A stretch of 64,000 nt of DNA. Origin: Nannocystis bainbridge (GTDB taxonomy: Bacteria > Myxococcota_A > Polyangia > Nannocystales > Nannocystaceae). A program made the position numbers and the translations under genes. Position 1 is the stretch's first letter; each line of letters begins with the position of its first letter. A model generated the notes under the pieces. It worked only from the letters and a program-made list of their open reading frames with translations. It was not told the DNA's origin and ran no database searches. The stretch is taken from positions 576,001 to 640,000 of the forward strand of contig NZ_JAQNDL010000005.1 of the NCBI RefSeq assembly GCF_028368995.1, read 5' to 3'. Positions 50,935 to 60,655 of this stretch are shown one piece after another.

Positions 50935-51432
50935 GTGCGTGCCACACCGCTCCTCGCAATGATCGCTCTCGCGCTCGCCTGCTCCGCGCCCGCCCAGGAC
51001 GCGAGCTCGCGCCCCGCCCCGACGCCCGCCGCACCGGCGCCTGCGCCCGCGCCCGAGCCTGCCGCGCAGCCCCCCGCCGAGGCCGCCGCGGTGCCCGTCC
51101 TGCCCGAGCTGCGCGAGACCAGCAATGCCTTCATGGAGGCTCTGCTCGCCGGCACGCTGATCGAGCAGTCCGGCTGCCTGCGCGTCAGCCCTGACGGCAA
51201 GGATCCCGGTCACCTGCTGATCTGGCAGCCGGGCTACACCCCGCGCCGCGCCGAGGGCCGCCTGGAGATCGTCGACAGCACCGGCAAGGTGGTCGCCCGC
51301 GTCGGTGAGCCGCTGCGCACCGGCGGCGGCCAGGCCTCCCTGACCGACTCGCTGCGCGCCCAGCTGAAGGCCCCGCTCGACCCCGCGTGCGTCGGCCCTT
51401 ACTGGCTCATGGGCCAGCTGCAAGCCCCCTGA
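50935..51432 (+). CDS. Lipoprotein of unknown function
   Basis: ALAC lipobox, Pro-Ala linker, GCLRV...IWQPG domain. Confidence 0.75.
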   Translation: MRATPLLAMIALALACSAPAQDASSRPAPTPAAPAPAPAPEPAAQPPAEAAAVPVLPELRETSNAFMEALLAGTLIEQSGCLRVSPDGKDPGHLLIWQPGYTPRRAEGRLEIVDSTGKVVARVGEPLRTGGGQASLTDSLRAQLKAPLDPACVGPYWLMGQLQAP

Positions 51433-51500
51433 GAGCGCGCCGCCTCGGCGTGCCGCGAACATACGCCCTCGCAACTACGGCCCGGCGTATGCTCGCGCCC

Positions 51501-52265
51501 ATGCGCGCCCCTCTCCTCGTCCTCACGCTCGCGGCTTGCGGCGCCTCGTCGACCCCCGGCGGCGCTGCACCCGACCCGAAGCCCGCGCCCGTCGATGCGC
51601 CCGCGCCCACGAGCGTCGATGTCCTGACCACCAGCGCCGGCCCCTTCGAGATCCACCCGGTGCATCACGGCACCGTGCGATTCGCCATCGGTGACAAGGT
51701 CGTGTGGGTCGACCCGTGGTCCAAGGCCGATCTGCGCGGCCCCAAAGCCGACCTCGTGCTCGTCACCGACATCCACCCCGACCACTTCGACGCCGCCGCG
51801 ATCGCCAGCGTGCGCAAGGACGACGCCATCGTCGTCGCGCCCGCCGTGGTCGCCGAGCAGCTCGCCGGCGCGGTCGTGCTCGCCAACGGCGAATCGCGCG
51901 ACCTCGGGTTCCTCCGCGTCGAGGCGGTGCCGATGTACAACCTCGTGCGCGGCCCCGAGCCGGGCAAGCTCTATCACGACAAGGGCCGCGGCAACGGCTA
52001 CGTGCTGACGGTCGGCGACCGCCGGATCTACCTCTCGGGCGACACCGAGTGCACGCTCGAGATGCAGGCCCTGCGCGACATCGATGTCGCCTTCGTGTGC
52101 ATGAACCTGCCCTACACGATGACCCCGACCGAGGCCGCCGGGTGCGTCGCCGCCTTCAAGCCGAAGGTCCTCTACCCCTATCACTACCGCGACTCCGACC
52201 TCGACGCGCTCGACGGCGCCCTGGCCGGCAGCGGCGTCGAGGTCCGCCGCCGCGCCTGGTATTGA
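51501..52265 (+). CDS. MBL-fold metallo-hydrolase lipoprotein
   Basis: LAAC lipobox, DIHPDH, SGDT, PYHY; TATGCT 7 nt before ATG. Confidence 0.9.
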   Translation: MRAPLLVLTLAACGASSTPGGAAPDPKPAPVDAPAPTSVDVLTTSAGPFEIHPVHHGTVRFAIGDKVVWVDPWSKADLRGPKADLVLVTDIHPDHFDAAAIASVRKDDAIVVAPAVVAEQLAGAVVLANGESRDLGFLRVEAVPMYNLVRGPEPGKLYHDKGRGNGYVLTVGDRRIYLSGDTECTLEMQALRDIDVAFVCMNLPYTMTPTEAAGCVAAFKPKVLYPYHYRDSDLDALDGALAGSGVEVRRRAWY

Positions 52266-52317
52266 TGTCCTTCAGAACATGCTCTTCGAGACATGCCCCA
52301 TGAGACATGTCCCGAAG
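52262..52317. repeat. 14-bp-period GACATGTC array (4 units)
   Basis: ttgatgtc-cttcag-aacatgct-cttcga-gacatgcc-ccatga-gacatgtc-ccgaag; overlaps the TGA and fills the convergent gap. Confidence 0.9.
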
Positions 52318-52326
52318 ATTTTGCGA

Positions 52327-53211
52327 TCATTCACACACCACGCCGTCACCGTCGGCGTCGCGGTAATACGCATACTCCGGATCGCGGCCGCGGCGGTACG
52401 GCCCGGCGCCGCGGGCCTTCGCCTCCTTGCAGCTGCCGTAGTTCGGGTCGCCGCCGCTGGTCCGGGGCGCCGTCTTTTTGTCCTGCGAAACCACCGCCGG
52501 TACCTCGATCGGCCCGCCGTCGGGCGCGACCTCGTCCGGGCAGCCGCGCAGGACGTCCTGCATCGCCTCGCGCTCGTCCTCGGTGATCCACAGCCCGTAC
52601 TTGGCCTTGACGGCGATCTGGCGGGCCACGTAGGCGCAGCGGTAGTCGTGGTTCGGCGGCAGCCACAGGGCAGCGTTGCTGCCGCCCTTGGCGCGATTGG
52701 CCGAGGCGTCGACCGCCAGCAGGTTGAGCGGATCGTTGGCCAGCGCGATCCGCCGCGCCGGCTGCCACGCCGCCGCGCCGGTGGCCCACGCGTCGCCGAG
52801 CGCGACCACGTGATCGATGTCGACCGCCGGCCCGCCGCCGCGCTCGAAGGCGATGTCTGCCGCGGTGTACGGATCGGCCAGCTTGCCGGCCGTGACCACG
52901 CAGGGGCGCTTGCTCGGCGCGAGTCGGACCTCGCGGAGGTCACGGCGCAGGATGTCGTCGCGCGTGTCGCAGCCGTTGTGGTCGATGTCGAGCCACGCGC
53001 GCCCGAACTGGTCGCGCGCGTAGTCGCGGCCGTCGCGCGGACGCACCGGCAGCGTCGCCAGCAGCGGCGCCGCCAGCCGCCCCGCGTCGCCAGCGTCATC
53101 CGCGACGATCGCGGCCGGCACCGCGCCGTGGCCCGCCGATCCGCCGGGATCGCAGCCGAGGCCCAGCAGAACGGCGAATACGGCGAAACGGAGGCGCGGG
53201 CGGGCGATCAC
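52327..53211 (-). CDS. Secreted HNH (DUF1524) nuclease with Excalibur Ca-binding domain
   Basis: GCDTRDDIL, IDHVV, ANDPLNLLAV..SANRAKG; C-terminal DADGDGVVCE; start uncertain. Confidence 0.9.
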   Translation of the reverse strand: MIARPRLRFAVFAVLLGLGCDPGGSAGHGAVPAAIVADDAGDAGRLAAPLLATLPVRPRDGRDYARDQFGRAWLDIDHNGCDTRDDILRRDLREVRLAPSKRPCVVTAGKLADPYTAADIAFERGGGPAVDIDHVVALGDAWATGAAAWQPARRIALANDPLNLLAVDASANRAKGGSNAALWLPPNHDYRCAYVARQIAVKAKYGLWITEDEREAMQDVLRGCPDEVAPDGGPIEVPAVVSQDKKTAPRTSGGDPNYGSCKEAKARGAGPYRRGRDPEYAYYRDADGDGVVCE

Positions 53212-53423
53212 CGCGGCGAATCTCGCCGAGCCGCGATCGGCCGTCCAATTTTCGGCCGAGGCCGTCGCGTCCGATATCGCCGCGCGAATCATCGCACCAC
53301 GCGGCGAGCCCAATCGTGCCACCCTCGCGACGAATGCTGCGTGTCGCCGGGCGCCAGCCGCCGCGCCGCCGCGCGCCTGCAACCGCATCGCGCGCTGGCG
53401 GTGGTTGCGTTAGACTCCGCGGC

Positions 53424-54473
53424 GTGATTCGGCTCGTCGCGCCCCTCGCGCTGGGGCTGGCCCCGGCCGCGCCGGACGAGCTCGTGCACTGGCAGGCGCC
53501 CGCCGCCTGTCCCTCACGCGAGGCGCTGATCCGCGCCGTCGCGGCCGACCTCGGGCGCCCGCTCACGCCCGCGGACGCCGAGGCCGTGACCGCCCACGCG
53601 ACCGCGCAGCGCCGGCCCGATCGCCGCTGGCAGCTCGAGCTCACGCTGACCCCGCGCGACGCCCCCGCGGTCGCGCGCACCGTCGTCGGCGAGCGCTGCG
53701 AATTACTCGTCGAGGCCGCCGCGCTGATGATCGCGGTGGCGATCGATCCGGAGCTGCTCGCCGCGCTGCCGCGAACCGCCCCGGGTGACCGCGAACTCGG
53801 CGACATCCCGCTCGAAGTCCCCGTCGTCCGCGACGCACCTGCCCCCGCCAGCTCGTCCACCCCCGCGAACACGCCCACGCTCGCCCCTGCGCCCGCGATC
53901 GCGCCCATCCTCGCCCCTGCGCCCGCGAACTCGCCTCCGCCCTTCCGCCGGCCCACGCCCGCGCTTCGTGGCACCCTCGCCGTCGCCGCCGGCCTCGACG
54001 TCGGCGCCCTGCCTGGGCCTGCGCCCGGCTTCATGGTCCGCCTCGGCCTCCTCGCCCGGCGCGTGCGCGCCGAGGTCGGCGCCGTGCACTGGCTCGAGCA
54101 ATCGGCCCGCCTCGCCGGCACGGCCAGCGGCGGCGACCTGCGCCTTACCGCCGCCCAATTGCTCGCCTGCCCGCGGCTGGCGCTGCGGCGCTTCGAATTC
54201 CCGGTGTGCGCCGGCCTCGAGCTCGGGGCCATGCGCGGCCGCGGCGTCGGCGTGACGGTCCCGACGAGCGATCGCGTCGTCTGGCTGGCCCTCCTCGCCG
54301 ACGCGCGCGTGCAGTACCTGCCCGTCCCCCGGCTCGCGCTCGGCCTCCAGCTCGGCCTCGCCGCCCCGCTGCTGGCCGCGCGGTTTCGCCTGCGCGACCA
54401 GGACCAGGACCTCCACCGGGCCGCGCCGGTCGCCTTTCGCGCGGTCTTTGCGATCGAGCTGCGTTTTCCCTGA
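53424..54473 (+). CDS. Secreted protein with probable C-terminal outer-membrane beta-barrel, upstream of ECF sigma
   Basis: Signal peptide; WQAPAACP...C N-terminal domain; Pro linker; amphipathic strands ending ELRFP; TAGACT 7 nt before GTG. Confidence 0.75.
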   Translation: MIRLVAPLALGLAPAAPDELVHWQAPAACPSREALIRAVAADLGRPLTPADAEAVTAHATAQRRPDRRWQLELTLTPRDAPAVARTVVGERCELLVEAAALMIAVAIDPELLAALPRTAPGDRELGDIPLEVPVVRDAPAPASSSTPANTPTLAPAPAIAPILAPAPANSPPPFRRPTPALRGTLAVAAGLDVGALPGPAPGFMVRLGLLARRVRAEVGAVHWLEQSARLAGTASGGDLRLTAAQLLACPRLALRRFEFPVCAGLELGAMRGRGVGVTVPTSDRVVWLALLADARVQYLPVPRLALGLQLGLAAPLLAARFRLRDQDQDLHRAAPVAFRAVFAIELRFP

Positions 54474-54490
54474 CAGATCGCGGCGCCTCG

Positions 54491-55090
54491 TTGCATGACG
54501 GGGACATCCCTCCGGTCCTCGCCCCACCGGCCGCCCTCGGCGACCCCGCCTCGCGCGCCCACGACGGCTCCCACGCCGCCGCCCTGCCGGCTGTGGCCGA
54601 GCTGTTCCGCGACCACTACGAGTTCGTGTGGCGCCTGACCGGCCGCCTCGGCGTGCCCGCGGCCGTGGTCGACGACGCCGTCCAGGACGTGTTCGTCGTC
54701 CTCCACCAGCGCCGCCACGAGTTCGCCGTGCACGGCTCGGTGCGCGCGCTCCTCTACGGCATCACCCGCCGCGTCGCCCGGCGCTACCGCGAGCGCGCCG
54801 CCCGGCACGTCGAGTTGGTCGCGGAGCCCGAGCCCGCCGGTCCCGGCCTCGACGAGGAGCTCGCGCGCCGCCAGGCCGCCGCCGTCCTGCGCGACGCCCT
54901 CGCCGGCATCGACGAGGACAAGCGCATGGCCTTCGTGCTCGCCGACATCGAGGGCATGGCGATGCCCGAGGTCGCCGAATGCCTCGAGATCAACCTCAAC
55001 ACCGCCTATTCGCGGGTGCGCGTGGCCAGGCAGCTGCTGCAGCGAGCGATCGCCCGCCACCACGCGCGCGACAGTCGGAGGACCCCGTGA
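54491..55090 (+). CDS. ECF RNA polymerase sigma factor
   Basis: DDAVQDVF region 2; EVAECLEINLNTAYSRVR region 4; start uncertain. Confidence 0.9.
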   Translation: MHDGDIPPVLAPPAALGDPASRAHDGSHAAALPAVAELFRDHYEFVWRLTGRLGVPAAVVDDAVQDVFVVLHQRRHEFAVHGSVRALLYGITRRVARRYRERAARHVELVAEPEPAGPGLDEELARRQAAAVLRDALAGIDEDKRMAFVLADIEGMAMPEVAECLEINLNTAYSRVRVARQLLQRAIARHHARDSRRTP

Positions 55091-55956
55091 ACGAACCACT
55101 CGACGACGAGCTGCGGCGCTACGTCGCCGCCCTGCGCGAGGTCGACCGCCCCGGCGACGGCGCCCGCGCTGCCACCTGGGCCGGCATCGATGCCCGCATC
55201 GCCGAGGATCTCGCGCCGCCTCGCCCCGCCTGGCGCACCTGGCCGCTGGCCGCCCTCGCCGCCGCGGTCGTGCTCGGCGTCGGATTGGCCGCAGCCACGG
55301 CCTGGCGCGTGCGCGCCGAGGCCAACGTCGAGGCCGCCCATCAGCGCATCGACGCGCCCACCCTGCGCTCCCTCGAGAAATCCTCGCGCGAATCACCGCA
55401 GTCCGCCTCGCGGGGCCAATCACCGCACCCCGAACCGCCGGCCTCGACCTCCGGAAAACCCGAGCATTCGCCGATCGGGGCCGCGTCCGCCTCCGAATCA
55501 TCCGCGGCCACCACCCCCTCCGACCCGTCCACCGCGCCGAGCGTCGGGCCCGCCGGTGATTCGCAGGACCTCGGCGCCAGCGATCCGGCAGCCGTCGAAA
55601 AAACACCCCATGCGCGATCGCCCTCCGCCGAATCGTCCGGCAATGCCCGCCCCTCCGCAGCGCGCCGCCCCGCGGACAGCCCCTCGCTGCGGCCCGAGGA
55701 GGTAGCATCCTTCCAGCGCGCCCAGGCCGCCCTCGCCGCCGGCCGCTACGACGACGCCTTGAGCGCCCTCGACGCTCACGGCCGCCGCTTCGAGCGTGGC
55801 GTGTTCGAGGAGGAGCGCCAGGTCTCGCGGGCCACCGCGCTGTGCAAGCTCGGCCGCCTGGACGACGCCGCCGACGCCCGGCGTCGCTTCTTGCGCGAGC
55901 GCCCGGGTTCGCACCTGGCCGAGCGCATGCGCCAGATCTGCCGCGACGACGAATAA
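55087..55956 (+). CDS. Putative anti-sigma factor (one TM helix, disordered linker, C-terminal TPR-like domain)
   Basis: GTGA overlap with the sigma stop; TM helix; AQAALAAGRYDDAL...FERG.F.EER...ALCKLGR. Confidence 0.8.
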   Translation: MNEPLDDELRRYVAALREVDRPGDGARAATWAGIDARIAEDLAPPRPAWRTWPLAALAAAVVLGVGLAAATAWRVRAEANVEAAHQRIDAPTLRSLEKSSRESPQSASRGQSPHPEPPASTSGKPEHSPIGAASASESSAATTPSDPSTAPSVGPAGDSQDLGASDPAAVEKTPHARSPSAESSGNARPSAARRPADSPSLRPEEVASFQRAQAALAAGRYDDALSALDAHGRRFERGVFEEERQVSRATALCKLGRLDDAADARRRFLRERPGSHLAERMRQICRDDE

Positions 55957-55997
55957 CATCACAGAATCATCCGCGTCCCTGCATCTCGAGGAGTGAC

Positions 55998-57254
55998 ATG
56001 ACCCTTTCCCGAACGCGCCTGTCCTCCCACCTCTTCCTCTCGACCTTGATCGCCTTCGTGCTCGGCGCCTGCGACCAGAAGCCCGGCGACCTCGGGCAGA
56101 TGACCGACGGCGACGACGCGCTGTGCGGCGACGGCATCGTCGCTCCCGGTCTCGAGCAGTGCGACGACGGCAACGCCCAGGACGGCGACGGCTGCACCGC
56201 CAATTGCACCCTCGAGGACTCGCCCGCCTGCGGCGACGGCATCGTCCAGCCCGGTCTCGAGCAGTGCGACGACGGCAACGCCCAGGACGGCGACGGCTGC
56301 ACCGCCAATTGCACCCTCGAGGGCCAACCCGTCTGCGGCGACGGCATCGTCGATCCCGGCGAGCAGTGCGACGACGGCAACAACGCCGACGACGACGGCT
56401 GCTCTCTCACTTGCACCCTCCAGGCGAGCGTCTGCGGCGACGGCGTCCTCGCCGGTCTCGAGCAGTGCGACGACGGCAACTTCGTCGACGGCGACGGCTG
56501 CACCGCCAATTGCACCCTCGAGGGCCAGGCCGTGTGCGGTGACGGCATCGTCCAGCCGCAGAACGGCGAGCAGTGCGACGACGGCAACGCCGTCGACGGC
56601 GACGGCTGCAACAACGATTGCACCCACGATGGCAGCCTGTGCGGCGACGGCGTGATCGCTCCCGGCCTCGAGCAGTGCGACGACGGCAACAACCTCGACG
56701 GTGACGGCTGCTCCTCCATCTGCCAGCTCGAGGGCCAGTCCCCCTGCGGTGACGGCGTCCTCCAGCCCGGCGAGCAGTGCGACGACGGCAACGCCATCGA
56801 CGGCGACGGCTGCACCGCCAATTGCACCCTCGAGGGCCAGGGCCTGTGCGGCGACGGCATCGTCCAGCCCGGTCTCGAGCAGTGCGACGACGGCAACGCC
56901 CAGGACGGCGACGGCTGCAACAACGATTGCACCTTCGGCGGCATCCTGTGCGGCGACGGCCTGCTCGATCCGGGCGAGCAGTGCGACGACGGCAACAACA
57001 CCAGCAACGACGGCTGCTCCGCCGCCTGCCTGCTCGAGGGCCAGTCCCCCTGCGGTGACGGCGTCCTCCAGCCCGGCGAGCAGTGCGACGACGGCAACTT
57101 CGTCGACGGCGACGGCTGCACCGCCAACTGCACCCTCGAGGGCCCGCTGTCCTGCGGCGACGGCGTCGTCCAGCCGCAGAACGGCGAGCAGTGCGACGAC
57201 GGCAACGTCCAGAGCGGCGACGGCTGCACCTCCACCTGCCAGCTCGAGGCCTGA
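55998..57254 (+). CDS. DUF4215 repeat-only lipoprotein (11 repeats)
   Basis: GAGGAG RBS; LGAC lipobox; 11 CGDG..EQCDDGN..DGDGC...C.LE repeats, no head domain. Confidence 0.9.
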   Translation: MTLSRTRLSSHLFLSTLIAFVLGACDQKPGDLGQMTDGDDALCGDGIVAPGLEQCDDGNAQDGDGCTANCTLEDSPACGDGIVQPGLEQCDDGNAQDGDGCTANCTLEGQPVCGDGIVDPGEQCDDGNNADDDGCSLTCTLQASVCGDGVLAGLEQCDDGNFVDGDGCTANCTLEGQAVCGDGIVQPQNGEQCDDGNAVDGDGCNNDCTHDGSLCGDGVIAPGLEQCDDGNNLDGDGCSSICQLEGQSPCGDGVLQPGEQCDDGNAIDGDGCTANCTLEGQGLCGDGIVQPGLEQCDDGNAQDGDGCNNDCTFGGILCGDGLLDPGEQCDDGNNTSNDGCSAACLLEGQSPCGDGVLQPGEQCDDGNFVDGDGCTANCTLEGPLSCGDGVVQPQNGEQCDDGNVQSGDGCTSTCQLEA

Positions 57255-57596
57255 CCGCCGCCCGCCGATCCGTCGATCGCTGTCCAGTTAAGACGTCCCC
57301 AGAATCGCCGGCCGCGCGCGCTCGCCCGCGAGCCTCGCGGCCGATGAACCGCGCTTCAGCGGCGCCCCGCCCGGCGCCGTGTCACCTCGATGCGCACGAG
57401 GTCGCGTCCACTGCCGCATTATCATGACCCGGCGCCCTGCTTCGCGCCGTGAAATCGCCGCACGCTGACGCAGCGACAGGCGCTCGGCGATTCGCGCCGC
57501 GGCGCCTACATTGTCGGCAGTCCGGGTGCGACACCTCGTCCGCGGCTCACTTCGAAGACTGCAGACAATCGCCGGGCGGCGTGCTTCACTCCCGCC

Positions 57597-58715
57597 ATGA
57601 GCACGTCCGGCGAGGATGGTGGGACGGCAGACGCGCACCGCGTGCCGTTCGTGCGCGTCGAGTTCGACCGCGAGCTGCGGGTCGTCGGGTGGAACGAGCG
57701 CGCCGAGCAGCAGTTCGGTCGCAGCGCCGCCGAGGCGCGCGGCCGCAGCGTCGCCGACCTCCTGCCGCTGACCGGCGGCGGCGACTGGCGCGACCTGTGG
57801 ACCGAGCGCGACGACGCCGGCTCGACCCGCCTCGACCACGCGGACGGGCGCGCCTGGGAGTGGACCGCCGCCCCGGTGCGCCGGGGCGCGGAGGTCGTCG
57901 GCGTCGCCTGCTACGGCGTCGACATCACCGCGCGGATCGCCCTCGCCCGCGAGGCCGAGCTCGAGCACGTCATGCTGCGCGTCCTCGTCGACAACCTGCC
58001 GGTGGTCGTCTGTTCCTACGCGGCCGACGGCACCTACCTCTACGTCGCCGGTCAGGGCCTCGCCAACACCTCGCTGCGGCCGGAGCAGATGATCGGCCAG
58101 AACCCATTGACGATGTTCGCCGACGACGACGACGCGGTGGAGTTCATCCGCCGTGGCCTCGAGGGCACGCCGTCGCGCATGACCATCCACTCGCAGGACC
58201 GCTGGTGGGACAGCTGGCACATCCCCGCGCCGCCTGACAACCGCGCCGCGCTCGTCAGCATGTCGCTCGACGTCACCGAGGCCCACGCGCAGGAGCTCGA
58301 GCTGCGAGCCAGGCTCGATCTCATCGATCGCCAGCAACGGGTGATCCGCGAGCTCTCGACCCCGATCATCGAGGTGTGGGAGGGCGTGGTCGTCATGCCG
58401 ATCATCGGCCTCGTCGACAGCATGCGCACCTCCGAGATCATGGACAGCCTGCTGCAGAGCGTCGGCCGCATGCGGGCCAGGGTCGCCATCCTCGATCTCA
58501 CCGGCATCGAGGTCGTCGACACCGCGACCGCCAATCACCTGCTGGCGATGATCCGCGCGGTCCGCCTGCTCGGCGCCGAGGGCATCCTCACCGGCATCCA
58601 CCCCAGCATCGCTCAGACGATCGTCACCCTCGGCGTCGACCTCACGGGCTTCCTCGTCCACGCCACCCTGCGCCAGGCGCTGAAGCACTGCCTGGCCACC
58701 GGCAAGCGCGCGTGA
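57597..58715 (+). CDS. PAS-PAS-STAS (RsbR-like) protein
   Basis: WNERAEQQFG PAS; LSTPIIEVWEGV...ILDLTGIEVVDT...GIHPSIAQT STAS. Confidence 0.9.
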   Translation: MSTSGEDGGTADAHRVPFVRVEFDRELRVVGWNERAEQQFGRSAAEARGRSVADLLPLTGGGDWRDLWTERDDAGSTRLDHADGRAWEWTAAPVRRGAEVVGVACYGVDITARIALAREAELEHVMLRVLVDNLPVVVCSYAADGTYLYVAGQGLANTSLRPEQMIGQNPLTMFADDDDAVEFIRRGLEGTPSRMTIHSQDRWWDSWHIPAPPDNRAALVSMSLDVTEAHAQELELRARLDLIDRQQRVIRELSTPIIEVWEGVVVMPIIGLVDSMRTSEIMDSLLQSVGRMRARVAILDLTGIEVVDTATANHLLAMIRAVRLLGAEGILTGIHPSIAQTIVTLGVDLTGFLVHATLRQALKHCLATGKRA

Positions 58716-58769
58716 CGGAGGCACTGACGCGCGCCCGCAACCACCGTCGCAGCGCGCCGAGCCGCTGCT

Positions 58770-59462
58770 TCACCCACGCGCTTGCGACCGTCGTCGTCGC
58801 AGCGCCACCAGCCCGAGCAGCGCGAGCCAATCCGGCGTCCGGCCCGTGAGTGAACAAGAGCAGCCGCCGCCGCCCTCGCTGCCGGGCGAGGTCGCGCTCG
58901 CACCGCTCGCACCGCTGCTGCTCGAGCTCGAGCTCGCGCCCGTCGAGGCCTCACCGCTCGTCGGCGCCGCCGCACCCGAGCTGGATCCGCTCGTCGCGGC
59001 CGACGTGCCAGAGGTCGTATCGCCGCTCGTCGTCGTCCCGCTGCTCGTCGTCGTCCCGCTGCTCGTCGTCGTCCCGCTGCTCGTCCCCGTCGTCGTCTCA
59101 CCGCCGGTCGAATCCTCGCCGAACGACAGGCACAGCTTGCGCGTCTGGCACAGCAGATCTTCGCCGCTGCACGTGTCCCCGCGCAGGCACGGCCCGCCGT
59201 GCTCGGTCCGGGGCGGTACGTACCACTCGATCTCCCTGAAGCAGCCCTCGACCGGCTCGCAGTCCCCGCCCTTGCAGTCGGCGTCGGTCTCGCACACGAA
59301 CGCGCGGCAGAACGCCGCCCCGCAGGAATACTCGACCTCGCTGCCGGGCGGGCACGCATCGGGCAGCGGCGGGACCACGTCGGCGCGGGCCACCGCCGGC
59401 GCAGCCCCGACCATCACCACCACGAGCGAGCACCAGACGACAGGCCCAAGGTTCACCCGCAT
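58770..59462 (-). CDS. MYXO-CTERM sorted Cys-rich surface protein
   Basis: Signal peptide ending ARA; TTTSSG linker repeats; GGGGCSC...LALLGLVALRRRR tail. Confidence 0.88.
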   Translation of the reverse strand: MRVNLGPVVWCSLVVVMVGAAPAVARADVVPPLPDACPPGSEVEYSCGAAFCRAFVCETDADCKGGDCEPVEGCFREIEWYVPPRTEHGGPCLRGDTCSGEDLLCQTRKLCLSFGEDSTGGETTTGTSSGTTTSSGTTTSSGTTTSGDTTSGTSAATSGSSSGAAAPTSGEASTGASSSSSSSGASGASATSPGSEGGGGCSCSLTGRTPDWLALLGLVALRRRRSQARG

Positions 59463-59499
59463 CGACACCTCGCATTCACGCTATCATCCGTGGCGCCGC

Positions 59500-60063
59500 A
59501 TGCAAAGTCGCTCGCTCGCCGCCCTGCTGCTCGCCGGGGACCTCGCGTGTGGCCCTCCCGCCCCCGAGTGTCCGCCGGCCACCGCCGTCGATCCTGCGCG
59601 CGCCCAGGCGGTCCTCGCCACGGCCCGCAGCACGCGACCCGGCCATGGGCTCGACGGCGGCGCGACGATCTGCTTCGGCGGGCACGACCGCGGCTCGGTC
59701 CTCGCCAGCGGGGCCGTCGTCATCGCCGACTCGCTCGATCGCCCGGCCGCCGCGGCCCGGCTGATCCACCTGCGCCTGCACGTCGCCGACGGCCTGCACC
59801 GATTCCCGACCCCCGGCGTCGCCTGCGAGGCGCAGATGGAAGCGGCGAGGGCCGCCGAGGCGCGGGCCATCACCGCCGAGATCGAGGCCTGCGACGAGCT
59901 CGGCTGCGCCGAGCCTCCGTACAGCTTCGCCGCCGCGGTGCTGGCCGCCGCCCCCGAGGCGCGCATCGACCTCGTGCTCGCGCGCCTGCGCGACGAGCCT
60001 GCGGCCGACGGCCTCGGCCTCATGCTCCGCAACTACCGCGCCCGCTGCGAAGCCGCGCGCTGA
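59500..60063 (+). CDS. Hypothetical secreted/lipoprotein
   Basis: LAC near N-terminus; HLRLH motif; GC3 bias. Confidence 0.65.
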   Translation: MQSRSLAALLLAGDLACGPPAPECPPATAVDPARAQAVLATARSTRPGHGLDGGATICFGGHDRGSVLASGAVVIADSLDRPAAAARLIHLRLHVADGLHRFPTPGVACEAQMEAARAAEARAITAEIEACDELGCAEPPYSFAAAVLAAAPEARIDLVLARLRDEPAADGLGLMLRNYRARCEAAR

Positions 60064-60087
60064 GCCCTGGTTCAGCGCGACGTCCTG

Positions 60088-60477
60088 CTAACAATCGCAG
60101 GTGTACGCCGAGATCTTGTCGTTCCACCACTCGCCGACGAACGGCACCGACCCCTGAAACGAATTCTGCGCCCCGGCGAAATCGGCGTGCTCGAACACGT
60201 TGAGCACGCAGCCCGAGCGCACCTTCACCGACGACACCACGTCGTTCCACAGGTTACCGATGAACGACACGTACGCCCCGGCCTCGACCCGCTTGGCCTC
60301 ACCTTCGAAGTGCCAGTGCTCGTACATCGTCGCGCATTCGCCCCCGCGGCCGCTGACCTCGTCGAACGGCGCCACCTCCGCCACCTCCGTCTCGTCCTCG
60401 CCCGCGAGCTCCTCCGCCTCGTCGCATCCCATCAAAAAAACAATCGCACCCACCGCGCTGATGATCGCCCTTCGCAT
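60088..60477 (-). CDS. Beta/gamma-crystallin-like (syncollin-like) lipoprotein
   Basis: GGAGGA RBS; LMGC lipobox; YEH..FEG...WNDVVSS and FEH..FAG...WNDKIS Greek-key motifs. Confidence 0.82.
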   Translation of the reverse strand: MRRAIISAVGAIVFLMGCDEAEELAGEDETEVAEVAPFDEVSGRGGECATMYEHWHFEGEAKRVEAGAYVSFIGNLWNDVVSSVKVRSGCVLNVFEHADFAGAQNSFQGSVPFVGEWWNDKISAYTCDC

Positions 60478-60586
60478 CGCTCCTCCGATCGCCGATCTCA
60501 TGCCGCAGCGCCTCACCCCGGCAACCGCCCGGCAGGAGTTCTTATGACCGCTTGACGGCGACCGCCCGCGCGCGAGATCGCGGCAT

Positions 60587-60653
60587 CGCATGTCCCCAAG
60601 GCCATGTGACTGCATTCACGGGCATTCGGCCGACATGTCTTTCAAGACAGCCT
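60587..60653. repeat. Two 14-bp-period pairs
   Basis: cgcatgtc-cccaag-gccatgtg (60587-60608) and gacatgtc-tttcaa-gacagcct (60632-60653, 3 bp from the stop at 60656). Confidence 0.85.
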
Positions 60654-60655
60654 CG

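Noticed and set aside
57281-57295. Possible extra motif site tgtc-cagttaa-gacg (also gacatgct-cctcga-tacattaa at 62521)
   Set aside because: Wrong spacing or too degenerate to count with confidence
59030-59100. 18-bp tandem repeat encoding TTTSSG, and other Thr/Ser/Pro linkers
   Set aside because: Ordinary low-complexity linkers of myxobacterial surface proteins
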